Part shown: piece after piece, positions 39,311 through 52,394 of the stretch
Layout of the letters: every line of letters starts with the position of its first letter
How positions within the stretch are numbered: position 1 is the first letter of the stretch
Assembly (NCBI RefSeq): GCF_001194135.2
Contig: NC_068992.1
Location: forward strand, 21,314,328 to 21,378,327
DNA from: Octopus bimaculoides
Lineage: Eukaryota
Direction: 5' to 3'
Length of the DNA: 64,000 nucleotides
Position numbers and translations under genes: made by a program
Notes under the pieces: generated by a model
What the model was told of the DNA's origin: nothing
The model's database searches: none
What the model saw: only the letters and a program-made list of their open reading frames with translations

Positions 39311-41002
39311 TATATATAACGTACATAAATAGTACAAGTGTGATAAGGCCGGATAAAGGTACCTGTAATTGAAAGGTCCCACCTTGTCACACTTCTGTCT
39401 ATTTAGAATTACTTTAATTTTACATGATTATGCATTGCTACTTCAAAGATTTAGTGTTCAGCTCTCGGAACAACTGAAAGTTTATGCGTCGAAATCGACG
39501 ACCGATATCGCCACACAATCTCACATGCATATGATGGTAATTATATTTGTGCGTGCACATACATTATTATGTTTTATATATGTGTGTGCATGTATGTGTG
39601 TGTGCATGTATGTGTGTGTGCATGTATGTGTGTGTGCATGTATGTGTGTGTGAATCTGTACGTGTGTGTGTGTGTGTGTAGTTCAAATGTACAGAAATCA
39701 AAAGACGAAGACAGGTGAGGAAACAACAAGCAGGTGTATTAGTTTAACGGCCGGGAAAAATAGAAAACTCTTTCATGTTCTGAGCCTAGGCTCTTTGACA
39801 GAAAGGATTGAGAGGGACAAAAGGGAGAGTGAACGAAATAAAAAAACTTGAGAGAGAAAAACATGCAGGGACAAACGGTTTAACATGATGTGCGTGTGCG
39901 CTCGCGTATATACATATAAGTGAATGGACGAACGAACAAAAAAGGGTACTCAACACGTTTATCAGGAGTTACAGGTGTGGATCAAAACAGTTTGATTTTA
40001 TTTCGTTGATACTCCGAGTTTCAAGCGTGATGCTAATCTTCGGCCATTGGGAATTTGAAATTCAAATTCCCAATTGCTAACATTAGTATCACTCTTGAAA
40101 CTCGATGTACCAACGAATTTGAATCAAGCTACTTTGATCCATATATATATATATAAACATCTTTCGACGGTATCTCACGTTTATTTCGATCAATTTATAC
40201 TTTGATAGGTTTGTTCATTTGAATTATTTTCCGTCGTTTTTCTCTCGTGAGTAATATCTGTTGTCCAATGCAGTTTTTATTCTCTGTTTTTGAGTCAAAT
40301 GATCTGTATTTCAAGCGCATAATCTAAGCTTCGAAAATCATTTATATTACTAACACATCTCAGCGTTGATTAACACTACGAGACAGATGCATTGTTTTCT
40401 TTTAATAATTATGAAAAAAATATATTTCATTACAATTTAGCTTACCTGTGTTATTATACAGTGTATATATTAAGGTTTCGATCTGGTACGCATTAAAAAA
40501 CCGCTACTTGGAGCTACCACTAACGATATCATCGATTACAACCCTTCCTCTACACTATGTGACTTTGTTTCAATGCTAGAAATTGATTGCATATATTACG
40601 TGAGGTCAGTAGACGACTAAAATCGATCCTTCCATCGTGAAGACTGATCTTGCCTTTTATCCTTCTATGATCGATAATACATTTACCTGTGACATATTGA
40701 CGTCTATGACATGGATTATACTTCTCTCCCCATATAGGATTTTCCTTGTTTTTATCCCCAAAATAAACAAATATAGATAGATAGATGTATACATATATAA
40801 ATGTGTGTTTGGTGGGGTGGTAGTAACAGAAATATTGCATTAAACTGCAGAATTACTAAATACCTTGTGTATAGTAAATCTTCACATTCATTACGCTCTT
40901 ACAATACGAGTGATAATTGCCGCCTGCTGGCCATCGTTGAAATCTGAACTCACTATTTCCACTCTTCTCATAAAACTATGATATATATGTGTATATATAT
41001 AA

Positions 41003-41430
41003 TTATGAAATAACCAAGGGTGTTGCAGTCTGGGGAGTTAGTTGGCCAGGTGTTAGGAGTGACGTGGTCGCAGAAATTGTCAGACAGCTATGATTGTGTT
41101 TTCCTGCTTGTACGTTGTGATGCAGAGTCCTATTGCCTGCCAGACATAGGATATTCTAGCAGCCACCCTCTTTACCCAGGGTAGCACTACCTCCTCCAGG
41201 CACTTGCTGTAGGCCTCCATGTTTAGTATGTGTCCGTGTGGGAATATGAATGGAGGTATAACGCCGTCATCACTAGTGATCACTCCAATCACTATGAGGT
41301 TCAGTGGACGTTTGATTTTTGTCATTCTTGGTACATGTCCTCAGATTACACTGTCCTCAGATTCTAGAGCTTCTAGAGCTTCTGCATCCGTCCATTCAAA
41401 ATTATGCGCGTTAATGAAAAAAACAGTGAA
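41003..41430 (-). pseudogene. maT/DD37D-like (ITm) transposase catalytic-domain remnant
   Basis: Reads IVIGVITSDDGVIPPFIFPHGHILNMEAYSKCLEEVVLPWVKRVAARISYVWQ, then frameshifted Q*DSASQRTSRKTQS*LSDNFCDHVTPNTWPTNSPDCNTL (QQDSAP.H and WPPNSPD.NPL motifs). Confidence 0.92.
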
Positions 41431-41459
41431 GGTATTAAACTAGAAAAGAAGAAGAACAA

Positions 41460-42170
41460 CAGCAAGACCCTACATAGATCCCAGATTACAATTCGGGAAT
41501 ACAGAAAAATAGCATTTAGCAAACACATCGACATTTGCGACGCTAACGAACAACCAAACTTCAGAATTTTCCCCTGTATAAATTCAGGGACGATACAACC
41601 TATAATCAGCGCTTTAGCAAAGAGTCATATTTTATTACAGAATATAAGCCCCTTTTGAATGCGTCCACCACAAATGACACTATTAAAAGGGCCTTAGAAT
41701 AATACCCACGCAAATATTAAAAACGATATATTCAGAACAGATCACTTCTAGGTCACTTGACTATTTAAGAAGACTCTACCAACTGTCTACTAATGTCATA
41801 CCACTCCCGTCTTTTTCTTCTTATTCTTCTTTTTCTTCTTTTCCTACTCCCTCTTCTTCCTTAACTTCTTATTCTTCGCCGTCTCCTTCCTTGGATACTT
41901 CTGGTTAAACAATCAAATTTCAGACACAAGATCTCTCATATTTAAATATTTCTTCAGATCTGCCACTACCTACCTACATAGCCTTCACAAAAGTAAAAGA
42001 GAGAGAGACAGAAAACAGGAAAATGTCCGACGTATTTGAAAACTATGGAAATATTATTTTTTTTGTTTCATTTAACTTTTTCATAATTTAATTGTTTTTT
42101 ATCCTTTAAGTTGAACAAGTCACAAAGACTGAAACCGGTACTAAAATGTTCTTCATAATAAAATTATTTT
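41460..42170 (+). mobile_element. Penelope-like retroelement 3' end (GIY-YIG C-terminus, tail, hammerhead motif)
   Basis: LHRSQI..YRKIAFSKHIDICD...PNFRIFP, then frameshifted KESYFITEYKPLLN, resembling the R..KE.YFI....P.LN end of PLE endonucleases; followed by about 450 bp of tail and a hammerhead-like motif. Confidence 0.75.
42105..42146 (+). ncRNA. Degenerate minimal type I hammerhead ribozyme motif
   Basis: TTTAAG TTGAACA AGTC acaaa GACT GAAAC CG GTA CTAAAA: stem I 5/6, perfect 4-bp stem II, ACCGGT palindrome, GUA triplet; two 5' core mismatches. Confidence 0.65.
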
Positions 42171-42374
42171 AGCATTTTCTACATTGTATTTCCTTTATAC
42201 ATATCAACTCGTGANNNNNNNNNNNNNNNNNNNNNNNNNNNNNNNNNNNNNNNNNNNNNNNNNNNNNNNNNNNNNNNNNNNNNNNNNNNNNNNNNNNNNN
42301 NNNNNNNNNNNNNNNNNNNNNNNNNNNNNNNNNNNNNNNNNNNNNNNNNNNNNNNNNNNNNNNNNNNNNNNNNN

Positions 42375-42419
<45 letters not shown>

Positions 42420-43120
42420 ATGGGTGTGTGGATGTGTGTGTGTATGTATATGTATATATAGACATTCATTATCTATGTATTTGTGCACAGACACACACAC
42501 ACCCATACTTACCAACTATGACACTGAGATTTACCAACCGAAGAGGAAGTCTACTCACTGAGAAAGTTATCTATTGGTTTCACCAGATAGTTTCTGAGAC
42601 TATATTGTCGTCTACCTTACATTGTCTAAATGACTCAGACATTTTAACCAGTTGATACATTCCAATTTATCTCTCTTGTTCCTTGTGTTTAGATTGAAAT
42701 AACCTTACAGGGACCATTATCAAATAATTACTAGGATAATCTCGTTTAATCGATTTTTTTTATCTCACCATATTGATATGTAATGTCCTACTAAATATGG
42801 ATATCTATATATGCATGTATCTATATATTGTTGGACATATACATATATATTACATAAGATTTAAGTGTATTTATATGTGGGCTGAAGATGGATATTAAGC
42901 CTAAAATCTGAAGATTCAAATATAGGTATATATACGGAACTACATTTACGTGTATGTGTATATGTCAGTTAATATGTATACGTCTATGTTTGTTAATTTG
43001 CCTTAAGATATTCACCTACAGTTTTACGCATACTCGAGAATACTCATAAATTGCTGTGTGCGTGTTTGTGAATATATAGGTAGGGTATGTATGTATTCAC
43101 ACGTACATACCCTACATCCC

Positions 43121-43223
<103 letters not shown>

Positions 43224-43431
43224 ATGTATATATANNNNNNNNNNNNNNNNNNNNNNNNNNNNNNNNNNNNNNNNNNNNNNNNNNNNNNNNNNNNNNNNNN
43301 NNNNNNNNNNNNNNNNNNNNNNNNNNNNNNNNNNNNNNNNNNNNNNNNNNNNNNNNNNNNNNNNNNNNNNNNNNNNNNNNNNNNNNNNNNNNNNNNNNNN
43401 NNNNNNNNNNNNNNNNNNNNNNNNNNNNNNN

Positions 43432-43494
<63 letters not shown>

Positions 43495-44769
43495 GCAATA
43501 TTTTTTCTTTCGCAATTATTGTTTTCTTGTTTTGAACCACTATATTAGATTTATTTTCACAAGAAATTATTACAAACTTCAAATTGATGTATTGTTCAAT
43601 TGTATACAAGACAAAAACGTAACATTTTCTTGACAGTAACAAACAAATTGCATTTAGAAATTTGCACGGAATCAAGCGAGAGAGAGAGAGAAAAAAAACA
43701 TATATACCACTACTACAACCACAAAACACAACAACAACAACAATAAAAACCAACGAAAACAGCAACATTAATAACAATGGCTACAACGATTTGTAGTAAT
43801 AATAACAATAATAATAATAATAATAATAATAATCTAGACCATAAAAAAGTTCCCTCAAATGAAAATCGATAAACGCTTTAGTGGTTAACTAACAGTGGTT
43901 TGATTTTATGAAGTTCAAACAAATGAAATAAACTTGCCACTCTCGTCTCTTCTTTATATCCTTTGTTTAGATTTGTTATCTACGTAGACATTTAGTTTTA
44001 AACTTTTTACCTCATACAGTAAATACGATAAGAGCAAGTGCAGTAGTAGTAGTAATAGTAGTAGTCGTAGTAACGGTAGCATCGGTAGCAACCACTGCAA
44101 GAGCAACTGTAGAAAGCTGCAATATAAAATGCTTAAGTAAAAGAAATCGCTATTTAAATATTGGCGATGGTGGTGTTGACGAATAAAACGACGATGACCA
44201 TGACAATGATGAAGCTGGGATGGTTGTGGATGGTAATATTAAGAGAGATCGCTAAGAAGAATCAGTGAAACGAGGCATAAAATAGCAGAATGTGTATTCC
44301 TACACATTTTAAATTGTTAATATTTATTTAGACTAACAGACTTAGTTTCTTTCAATTGCTTCTAAACTTATCCAGTCAACTCTCGTCTGATGGCCGCCAA
44401 AACGAATTTCTGCAATAGTAATGGCGTCAGCTTGGGGCTTTTACTGCAGTGTTTCTGTCCACATTTAAGTCTAAGTGACTTTTCAGAAAAAAGAAATCAT
44501 AAACTAAAGACGGTCTCCGATAATATTTGCGATGGTTTGCGTCAATCAATCTTTTATTTGACTCATTCAGTATGATAAATATACTTAGTGGCTTCATCGT
44601 TGTTTCTTTGTGGTTCCTTCTGTTTACACAGAAGCATCAATCAATGATTACTACTTCTGAAGCTATAACGAAACTAGACGATCGTCGATCTTATTTTCCT
44701 GAGTGAGGTTTATCACAAGTATACTACAGGGTCCAGACCACGTTGCAGCTTCGTGGTTTGTATACCTCA

Positions 44770-45090
44770 GTTACCTTGAAAGCTAGGCAAGTGATACGCA
44801 ATCTCCTGGTGGCGACTTCCGTGCAGAACAGGTCAAAGGATAGAGCCCAAGCTAATATGGACTACCTCATCGCAGAGGGAAAACAAAAAATCAAAATTAC
44901 AGAAGCCTCGATGGCTATTCAAAATGAAGACTTGGGAGGGGAAGGCCTTCCTTCAGTGAAATATATGACACAATGCAACAAAATACGAAAAGAAGCTGCA
45001 AGGAAGATGCAGAAAAAATAGACCAGAGTCGATAACAGTGAAGAAATGTTGTCGGTGGCCTATGCTCTATGGGAGTCGAAGGGCTTTAGT
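44770..45090 (+). mobile_element. RTE-clade LINE remnant (end of APE domain and linker)
   Basis: ASD[fs]NLLVAT resembles the APE-terminal SDHNLLVA; EAARKMQKK*TRVDNSEEMLSVAYALWESKG resembles the RTE/BovB EA....KK....WLSEE.L.IA...R.AKSKG segment. Confidence 0.6.
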
Positions 45091-45183
45091 TACTAAATAA
45101 TCTCCGTCTATTGAGCCAATGAATAGGCTTCTACAGGATACGTTTACCTGTAAGAAATAGAGGCTTCATAGCTTTAAAATTCC

Positions 45184-45255
45184 AAGACAAGTGCCCTTGT
45201 CTTAGAAGTACACTTCTAAGACAAGTGCCCTTGTCTTAGAAGTACAAGGGCACTT
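45184..45255. repeat. Nested hairpin plus tandem duplication
   Basis: A 34-bp unit aagacaagtgcccttgtcttagaagtacacttct, a 29-bp second copy, then agggcactt (inverted copy of aagtgccct). Confidence 0.9.
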
Positions 45256-46079
45256 TCAATAATATATTCCTCGAGGAACTATGGTTGAAAATATCGTATA
45301 TGATAATCACATTTGGAACGGATTTGATCATATGTTTGCTTGCTCGAAACTGAAACAGGGCTAGACAACATCACCAGCAACAAAAACTACGACGACGACC
45401 CGATACATTAAATACATTAATCCAATAAAACACTCACCATTTTAATAGTGTCTGTCTTCTTAATGTTTAAATTGTTTTACTACCATCTTGTATCTGGTTA
45501 TAGATAGTTAGATTGAATAGCCTCTTGTTTGTTACGGAAGTGCAGCACTCTGGCAGGACACCAACTGTGGACACATTTACTTGTAATCTGGTGCCTTATC
45601 GACTTTAGTAGCTTTTATGAGTGCTATTAAATTTAAGAAGGGTGCGAAATGCCTTGACAGTATTTCAGTTAATTACTGCTAATGAAACAATAATTGTCAA
45701 TTATTCAGAAATCCTACAGCGTGAAACTTTGTTGCATCTTAACCATGGAACTATTTGCAATTCAGAAATCTCGCAAAGTGGGTATTTAGTATGCTGGCCA
45801 TGAAAACAATGTTCTTTGCGAATTACGAGCCCAACATAGAGTATACCCGAGCAAACCACGGTAAAACTGTAGGTGACATAATGTATTGTATCCAAATAAA
45901 TTGTTGAAGCCCACTAAAACCAGAGAATCACGCGCGAATTCGATGGTACAAACGACGCAGCTCTCATACAATGAAACAGCTAATTACAGAAATGAAGACC
46001 ATTGTAATAATTCTCCTATACCGAAATGTCTAGAACGTCAATCCAGTTGCAAACTTTAACAAAAAACACTTAGACTTGT

Positions 46080-46310
46080 GCACCTATGAGTGACAAACAG
46101 GCGGAAAGGTACGTTCAAGAATAGAATAGACAGGCACAAGTCTTCAAATGTGAAAATGTTTTGATCGCGTTTAGTCGACATATATGGTCGTCTAATACGT
46201 ATTTTAAGCACACCTGAAAGTTTAAAAGGAAAGTCAATTTCGAAAGCAGAACGTAAGATACGGGCCAAATGTTGCTATATGTTCCAATAGCGGACAACAA
46301 AGAGATCATG
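46080..46310 (+). mobile_element. Second Penelope-like GIY-YIG remnant (degenerate)
   Basis: KGTFKNRIDRHKSS and HIWS in adjacent frames resemble the G.FK.RY.NHKSSF ... YIW motifs of PLE endonucleases. Confidence 0.45.
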
Positions 46311-47844
46311 TAATTAAGACGTATCGATAAACATACTCTGAATATTTTATTTCTTGCTTAAACAGAAGAGACTGTACCGTAGATTTCTGCAACTTCTACA
46401 AAGAGTCTATATTATATTCAAAGAAGCAAGATGCAATGGAAGAGCGTAGTTATACATACGTTGATATATTTACCTTTGGCCTTGCGTATGGGAGTGTTTT
46501 GAAATTTGAGTGAAAGTCTTGGTTTATTTTGCACCAAAATGAAATTTTATTCTATATCACTTCTAGGAAAATATTCTTATAAATTTACCCCTAACTTTCA
46601 TAAACTGCACAACTATAATTCTATCGACAATATCCTTTCCTACAACAAATTATGAACGAAAAGTGTCATTCGCAAACAACTGAATGTGCGAACCGTTTCA
46701 AATTTTAATAATCAATTAATTATACTTAAACGGCAACTAGTTAATTATTGCTCACTGCTATAAATGTTTTTTTATTATTGCCAAAGACATCAATATTTAG
46801 TGACGATTCATAAAATTAGCCTAATCAATGCTCATGTGCACAAATACAGGGTGAACTGAGAAGAGTTTGTATATTTTTTATTAAAAGAATATCTAACTGA
46901 TTTTCAACGAACTAAATCTCATCTCCGAAGCACAAATGCCCCTCGCAGAAACCTGCGTCGTAGAATGCCGAGACATTTTCATAACACCAAAACATGAGCT
47001 GTCGATATCGATTATTGATCTGCTGCTTTAATTTGTTTAAGATTTAAACAAATCCATAATATAAATTTAAACAAAGTGTTCAGTGTATAAAAATGCATTT
47101 ATTCATTGAAAAGATTTTAAATTTTGATCTAAAGTAAAAACTGTATATATGACGCGGGTGGTACCGCAAGTTATGTCAGTAGTAAACATAAATAAGCTTT
47201 TACATACTGAAATATTTACTTACATTGCTATATAAAATTTTGTCGTATCTATTAAACGTGCGTGTTTTTGTTAGCATTGCACTGCGTAAACCTAAATCCC
47301 AGTTCTTATGTAAAATACAAGAATAACCTCCGGTAGAGTGAACGACAGACCACCCCCGCTGTTTCACTATTCCATGTCAAATCTTTAAAGAGAGCATTGT
47401 TTTCTAATGTATGATATAAGAGTATCGTGTGGGAATACAGGGAAAAATCGAAGCAATTTAAAATGCTGTTCATTCCCAAAGCATTACGTGACTTGCTGAA
47501 TGTTTACAGACTCAAACTAAACGTGTACTCTACATTGAAGCTAAAATATCGTTAAGACATGCGGTTCTCTCAAACATTGGGATTTTAGCTTTGAACACCA
47601 CTGAATATTTCATATTAACGAGATACATTTGGGTAAGTCAGCTTAGCGAGGTGCAACCTTCGTTTCTCCCTACATTTTGAGCATTTGCCCTCAGAAAGGA
47701 TTAACACACCTCTACAAGAATAATTATTCGTCATTTTTAACGTAAACCTTGTGCGTAATAATCTTTTAGTCCTAGGTCAGTTATGATTACATAGGTTTAT
47801 GATCAGAAGTATTTAGGGCTGGTTATTTATAGACAGGCGTAGAT

Positions 47845-47960
47845 ATAGTTGTATGTTTAAGTAACTCGTTTTCCAACCACATGGTTTCAGGTTCATTTCC
47901 ACCATGAAGCACATTGGGCAAGTGTTTTCTATTACATCCCTGTGGCGGGAATTGTCTGGA
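47845..47960 (+). mobile_element. SINE family B head
   Basis: ccaaccacatggtttcaggttcatttccc...cattgggcaagtgttttctatta. Confidence 0.8.
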
Positions 47961-47970
47961 TATCCATTAT

Positions 47971-48011
<41 letters not shown>

Positions 48012-48022
48012 CATATATATAC

Positions 48023-48063
<41 letters not shown>

Positions 48064-48089
48064 GATGTATGTATGTATGTGTGTATATA

Positions 48090-48285
48090 ATGGGCAAAGA
48101 ACCCCTTCGATCCTGAATGGGCATAGGATCGCACCTAGAAATTTAGTCTCCGAAGCACAAGTCCAGGCATGGTTGTTTATGGAAGACCAACAATGACCGA
48201 TGCATACCAGCCACCCTCTCCACGCGACCGCTATTATTCAATGGAAGGGCAAAGGCCAATACAACTTGGCACCAGTTACGTTGCA
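48090..48285 (-). mobile_element. 3' half of another SINE family (family D), running into a gap
   Basis: Reverse strand ctggtgccaagttgtattggcctttgccc...gtggagagggtggctggtatgcat...cttccataaacaaccatgcctggacttgtgcttcggag...tttctaggtgcgatcc, recalled as an octopus SINE tail; not verifiable here. Confidence 0.65.
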
Positions 48286-48361
48286 NNNNNNNNNNNNNNN
48301 NNNNNNNNNNNNNNNNNNNNNNNNNNNNNNNNNNNNNNNNNNNNNNNNNNNNNNNNNNNNN

Positions 48362-48427
<66 letters not shown>

Positions 48428-48503
48428 TATATATATATATATATATATATATTACATTATATTATACTATATTGTTATATTATATTTAAACAAGAATATT
48501 TTT

Positions 48504-48547
48504 GATAGTGACTACGAAGTTTCGGCCAGGTAAGCAATCAGCGTATT
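48504..48547 (-). ncRNA. Degenerate hammerhead-like motif (same family as 12929-12972)
   Basis: Minus strand: CTGAT TG CTTACCTGGCC GAAAC TTCGTA GTC ACTATC. The 3' half and GUC are intact; G8-A9 is deleted. Confidence 0.5.
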
Positions 48548-49179
48548 GCAACGCATTTAAGTTAATCTTAGATTTTTATAGTCTCTGTTAATTTAAAATC
48601 CTCCTTGGGTATGCGGACTTGAGTGGAAAATATTTAGGTTGTGGAAAAGTATTTATGATAGGGTGTGATTGAATGAAATTCTGGTTGTTTTCCTAGTAGT
48701 TCAAATGATGACGTAGTCACGTTCCAGGTTTTGTGCAGTTTGATTTCAAATCCGGCCGGCGAATACATTGCTTTTCATTCTTACCGAAATCAATGAAAGA
48801 AGTATTACTCTTATGTGCTGAACCAGCGGACGGGATGCTTTGCTGTGTGTTTCTGAAACTCTTTGCTTTCCGAGTTTAGATCTCGCTGTGGTGTGACCAA
48901 CATGGTTGGGAAGCTTAATACATCATCCTTTTCAATATTACAATCTACTCTTTGGATCATCTTAGCAACGTGCGCCCTTTTCAAAGACTTCATGTTGTCT
49001 TTGACGATACCGTTCTCTTACCGTCTTCTGACTTACTGTTAAAACCGGTAGTTGCTATAACACCATTGGTTTTTGGTTATGTATAGCATGTCTATTTGTT
49101 TTATGGTTAATTATAACTTCTTTAAGGTTAATTGACACCTGGTGACGTGTAAAAACGTTTCTTGTTTGACATATTGAAT

Positions 49180-49470
49180 AAGAATCGTTAGCACGCCGTG
49201 CGAAATGCATAACGGCATTTCTTCAGCTCTAAGTTTCTATCCCGCCGTGACCAGTTCCACTCTCACCGTGCCAAGTTCCAATCTCACTGTGCCAAGTTCC
49301 AATCCCACCGTGCCAAGTTCCAATCCTGCCGTGCCACGTTTCAGTCCCACCGTGCCAAGTTCCAAAACGCCCAATTTTCTCGACCTGGATCGAGACAATA
49401 AGTACTGCCTCAGTTGTTGGGTCGATGCAACCGACTACTGTTTCCTCTAAAATTACTGGTCTCATGCCAA
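49180..49470 (+). mobile_element. SINE family A with its B-box region amplified into a 21-bp minisatellite
   Basis: Head gaatcgttagcacgccgtgcgaaatgc, seven units like ccaagttccaatcccaccgtg (49229-49371), then core ataagtactg...ggtcgatgcaaccgac. Confidence 0.85.
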
Positions 49471-49754
49471 AATTCAAAACAATTATATTTAAGTCGAGTG
49501 TATTATGAACACATTGTCGTCCTAAAGAAGAAGTTCTCTTGTGAAATACATTGTACTGAATAGAATATTTGCACTCGAATCTACCGCAAGATATTGAGCA
49601 TATATTTGCAAGTCATCGTTCCATATTTCACTGTTCATAGTGTAAATAACCATTATTAATGGTTGAAAGATAGCAAAACTGATTGACAAATAGCTTGTTC
49701 GCTGTAATTATAAACAAAATCATCGGCTCTTGTTTAGACTCAAAGTTTCGGTTA

Positions 49755-49802
49755 ATTCTTGCTGAGAAGACACAACATATCGAAACACCGGTGTCCCAAA
49801 AT
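49755..49802 (+). ncRNA. Best-preserved minimal type I hammerhead ribozyme motif
   Basis: ATTCTTG CTGAGAA GACA caaca TATC GAAAC ACCGGT GTC CCAAAAT: one core mismatch (G8>A), 10-bp palindrome ACACCGGTGT, GUC triplet, stem I 5/7, stem II 3/4. Confidence 0.7.
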
Positions 49803-52394
49803 CCCTGACACCAATGATGTGGTATGAATGTGGCATGAAGACATTTACGTTGTAAAAGTGAGAAACTGTTCTTCTGTGACCTATACACCAGTCACTAACT
49901 TATTTTTTATTCGAATGTACCGGAACGTATTAAAACTAAATGTAAAATTAATCGCTTCAGATCTCGCTATTAACAGCGCAAATAATGATTTGTTATTATT
50001 AATTATATTTAGTTTGTTGGCTTCTGTTTCTCATAACTGATCCCTTGATTTGTCTTGAATATAAATGCTTTGTTTGTTTGTGGTTAGCTATATTGGTCTG
50101 TTGATTTTTAGGTTATTATAAACTAGTGACAATTCTTTCGTCCTAACTTAAACATAGTAGTAGGAATCTTATTTTTACAGTCCGACATTAACGTGTTGGA
50201 GAAATAAAATCAACAGAATTTGAAATTAAAGAAAAAATAAAGATAAAAAAACATATCTTTGATGTTCTAATAGAAATCTGTTTTATCCTTTTGCTATTTT
50301 ACTTCACTATCTTGTTTGATTCGTGATGCAGTTGCATGCGTTTGCCTGCAGTTATAACTCTTTTAATACATTTTTCCTTATTGATTTCTTCTCAGCAATG
50401 AAAAATAACGACTAAAATTACTACTAATCGAACAATATACTTTTGATCTCTCTGTTTAGCTTGGCCTTTTCGTAATGTCTGTGTACCAAATCTTACTTTC
50501 CTTTAACAGCGCTTTTCAAAGAGCCACTTAGTCGTTTAGTGAAACAAGGCTTTTTTTTTTGTTTTTTTACTTTTTCTATTTCTTCTCCTGTTCAGTTACT
50601 TTCGTATTTTTTTTTCCTCTCCTTCCCCTTCTTTTCATCTTAGTTTAATGATACATTATAGCAACGAGAACGAACGTCTTATAGTAAGGGTATTGTAAAC
50701 TACATCATATTGATAACCTTCTCGTGTACGAAAAGTTGAGGACTTAACAAAGTTTTAAAATCTTGGCTGTTATATTTTTCCTATTATATATATATACAAA
50801 TATTGATTTTAGTTTGGGATTTTCTTTTTCTTTTTATTAATCATGGCAACAATTTCAATATCAGCTGTCTTGTGTAAATGTAATAATCCGACACCTATGT
50901 GCATGAATTAAATGAGATTCAGATGAGTATATCTTAATATATAAACAAAAATCTGACAGGCTTCCAGCTAATGTTTTTTTATTCTTCCAAACTATAAAGT
51001 TACTTTAGTGTTTCTAAATTATATATTGAATTCATAACTCTCTGGCACTTATAGGTGTTTCACCTAAGCGTATTGTCAGTGTCCTCATGGGCAATATTTA
51101 AATCGAGTAAGCTCTGATTGATCAGTAATGGCTTTTAATTGTTGTTGTTGGTGGTGGTGTTTGTGGTGGTGGTGGTGTTTGTGGTGGTGGTTGTTATACT
51201 CTGTGGGTTCTGAGCAAGCACAGCCATGACCAAAGGCATTCTACACATAAATGTCCTATCTTTTTTGTTTTGTTTTTGGCATGGTGTATCTAAAACTATA
51301 ATATTCAATGTTTACTATTTTCTTTTTTTTTTTTTCTTGCCATATGGTATGATTCGATGAGGTTAACTGACTGCGTAGAGGTTTTTTTTTCTTAGCCCAT
51401 CCACAAAAAAGGGTTCGTTTTGTTCGGTTCCCTTCTTAGCCCTAAACGAGTAAACTTATGATCAAAAACACTCAGCCGAGATAAAATTGTCTTTTCTATG
51501 CATCCTTCTTCTTCAACACATCACAGTGAGAGTTGGGGGAAATTTGGTTACTATTTCTAGCAAAACGAATTGTCACATAAGGGCTCAACCATTGGCCTGT
51601 CAATGTCATTTGATTGGTATCAGAGACTAATATATCTATCCGTACAGCTGTTGTTGCTGTTCAGATGTAAATCATTACTCATAGATCAGGCCTCTAATCA
51701 AAAGCGCTCCATCCGGAACCATCCTCACTTTTCAAATATATCTAAGAATATTTCATCCAATGTACCATTCTTGCAAGTCGGTATGGTGTGATTTGGAGAA
51801 ATAGCTAATATTTTTAGTACCTTCAGGTATTATATAGAGACGACAATACCTTTTTGGCACAGACTTTCATATTGGTTGCTGACATAGACACAAGGTGAAC
51901 ATTTTGTAGGAAAGAAATATTGACTATACTCACCACAATATCCGATTGGTGTACACAAATTTCGACGGGATTTGAACTCTGATCGCATCGAAAGTGGAAT
52001 TATTTGTTGAATAGTTTTCAAATGTCGTAAATCAAAAAGCAATCTCGCAGCCACTGTAAGACCGCGTCTTAGTTCCGGTTCTTGAGTGAAGCTAATTTAG
52101 TTTACATAATTCTAGTTGAGCTTACTCGGATTTCGAATATATTTTGTAGCTAAATAACACCTAGAAATGTTTACGATCAGAAATATCTAACCCTGGTCAA
52201 TGCCCTCTGTGCTATTCCATTTTCCTGTATCTAGTGGGTTTGCTTTTGATCGTATCATAATCAATTCTTCCACCGAAACGGTATATCCACCGTGCAGTTT
52301 CCAAAGATTTCTGATAACAATTCTCACTTCTTATAATCTGGCTTCGTTACACTTTCCAGGCAGATCTATTCTCACTAGTATAGTTCTTTGGATT

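Noticed and set aside
44650-44685. CTGAAGC TATAAC GAAAC TA GAC hammerhead-like string
   Set aside because: No stem I and no stable stem II; similar weak strings near 11243, 39780, 42882 and 60330 were also excluded.
49229-49371. CRISPR-like array
   Set aside because: The units are contiguous with no unique spacers, and the context is eukaryotic.
49205-49477. TVPSSN / GTWHG repeat ORFs as a mucin-like or repeat protein
   Set aside because: They are the 21-bp minisatellite inside a SINE; no splice or gene context.
51827-51894. Exon-like VLYRDDNTFLAQTFILVADIDTR
   Set aside because: Weak donor (gtgaac), short and unrecognised.
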